Below are positions 31,689 to 32,000 of a DNA stretch of 32,000 nucleotides, piece after piece. Source of the stretch: Geobacter sulfurreducens PCA (GTDB taxonomy: Bacteria > Desulfobacterota > Desulfuromonadia > Geobacterales > Geobacteraceae); assembly GCF_000007985.2 (NCBI RefSeq), contig NC_002939.5, forward strand, positions 3,450,001 to 3,482,000, read 5' to 3'. The notes under the pieces were generated by a model. The model searched no databases. It saw only the letters and a program-made list of their open reading frames with translations, and had not been told where the DNA came from. Numbering within the stretch: the first letter of the stretch is position 1; the number at the start of each line of letters is the position of its first letter. Made by a program: the position numbers and the translations under genes.

Positions 31689-32000
31689 ATGAGCTCAGAG
31701 ATGAACGGCACTGCCCCCTTTCAGGACCAGGGTGCGACTGACGTGTCGCTTTTGGAGGATATCGTCCGGGTCACTAAACTTCAACCGGCCGACGAAGCTT
31801 ACTCTATCACCAGAAGAGGGGTCGCGGCCCTCATGGCCCAGCTTCTGGAGCCGGGAGCCGAAGCCCGGAAGGTATCCAAAGCAGTGCTTGATGACATGAT
31901 CGCCGAAATCGACCGCAAGCTCTCCCTCCAGATGGACGAAATCCTCCACCACCCCCAGTTCCAGGCACTTGAATCATCCTGGCGTTCGCTCCACTTCCTG
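31689..32000 (+). CDS. tssC: T6SS contractile sheath large subunit TssC (VipB). Partial: N-terminal 104 codons only.
   Basis: ATG at 31689, 8 nt after AGGAGG. ...LDDMIAEIDRKLSLQMDEILHHPQFQALESSWRSLHFL is the conserved TssC N-terminal motif. The gene runs off the window. Confidence 0.9.
   Translation, partial: MSSEMNGTAPFQDQGATDVSLLEDIVRVTKLQPADEAYSITRRGVAALMAQLLEPGAEARKVSKAVLDDMIAEIDRKLSLQMDEILHHPQFQALESSWRSLHFL

Noticed and set aside
1-32000. Scan for CRISPR arrays, tRNA/rRNA genes, IS elements, integrases, prophage genes or toxin-antitoxin pairs.
   Set aside because: I noticed no direct-repeat/spacer periodicity, no cloverleaf-like or rRNA-like segments, and no transposase or integrase motifs in any frame. 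All sizeable intergenic gaps are accounted for by promoter or leader regions.

Overview
High-GC (about 65-70% by eye) bacterial chromosomal segment. Its gene content resembles Geobacter/Desulfuromonadales: NrfHA, sigma-54 motifs, selenocysteine use and a T6SS. That taxon call is an inference. No rRNA, tRNA, CRISPR array, transposase or integrase was recognised.

Layout:
- (1) 1-3000: 5' end of a class I-beta DAHP synthase gene (minus strand). It is preceded by an unannotated 30-codon leader ORF very rich in aromatic residues, plus two terminator-like hairpins. An FKBP-type PPIase and an RlmI-like methyltransferase follow on the plus strand.
- (2) 3000-12800: one long minus-strand gene string. 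Order is nrfH, nrfA, NapH-like polyferredoxin, PAS protein, micro-ORF, His-rich periplasmic protein, HPP-family membrane protein, V4R-like/GAF histidine kinase, mobA-mobB fusion, moaA, MOSC protein.
- (3) 13000-19300: soluble PAS-MCP, alpha/beta hydrolase, cysteine synthase, NUDIX hydrolase, pseudouridine synthase, msrA, ltaE.
- (4) 19283-19651: a signal-peptide-bearing glutaredoxin-fold gene. It is only intact if the in-frame TGA at 19427 is read as selenocysteine, giving a U-P-Y-C redox motif with a SECIS-like hairpin just downstream. The ORF track shows only its 3' fragment.
- (5) 19700-32000: a type VI secretion locus with tssL, tssM, an apparent tagF-tssA fusion, then a tightly coupled four-gene cargo module, then tssB and tssC (partial). 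The cargo module is a degenerate beta-ketoacyl-synthase-like protein, a DUF4150 PAAR-like spike protein with a C-terminal extension, a Tli4-like lipoprotein and a GxSxG lipase.

The most novel-looking items are the thiolase-fold pseudo-enzyme embedded in the T6SS spike/effector module, the TagF-TssA fusion, the Sec-containing exported glutaredoxin-like protein, and the aromatic leader-peptide attenuator. All calls come from by-eye translation and motif recognition. No searches or folding programs were run.
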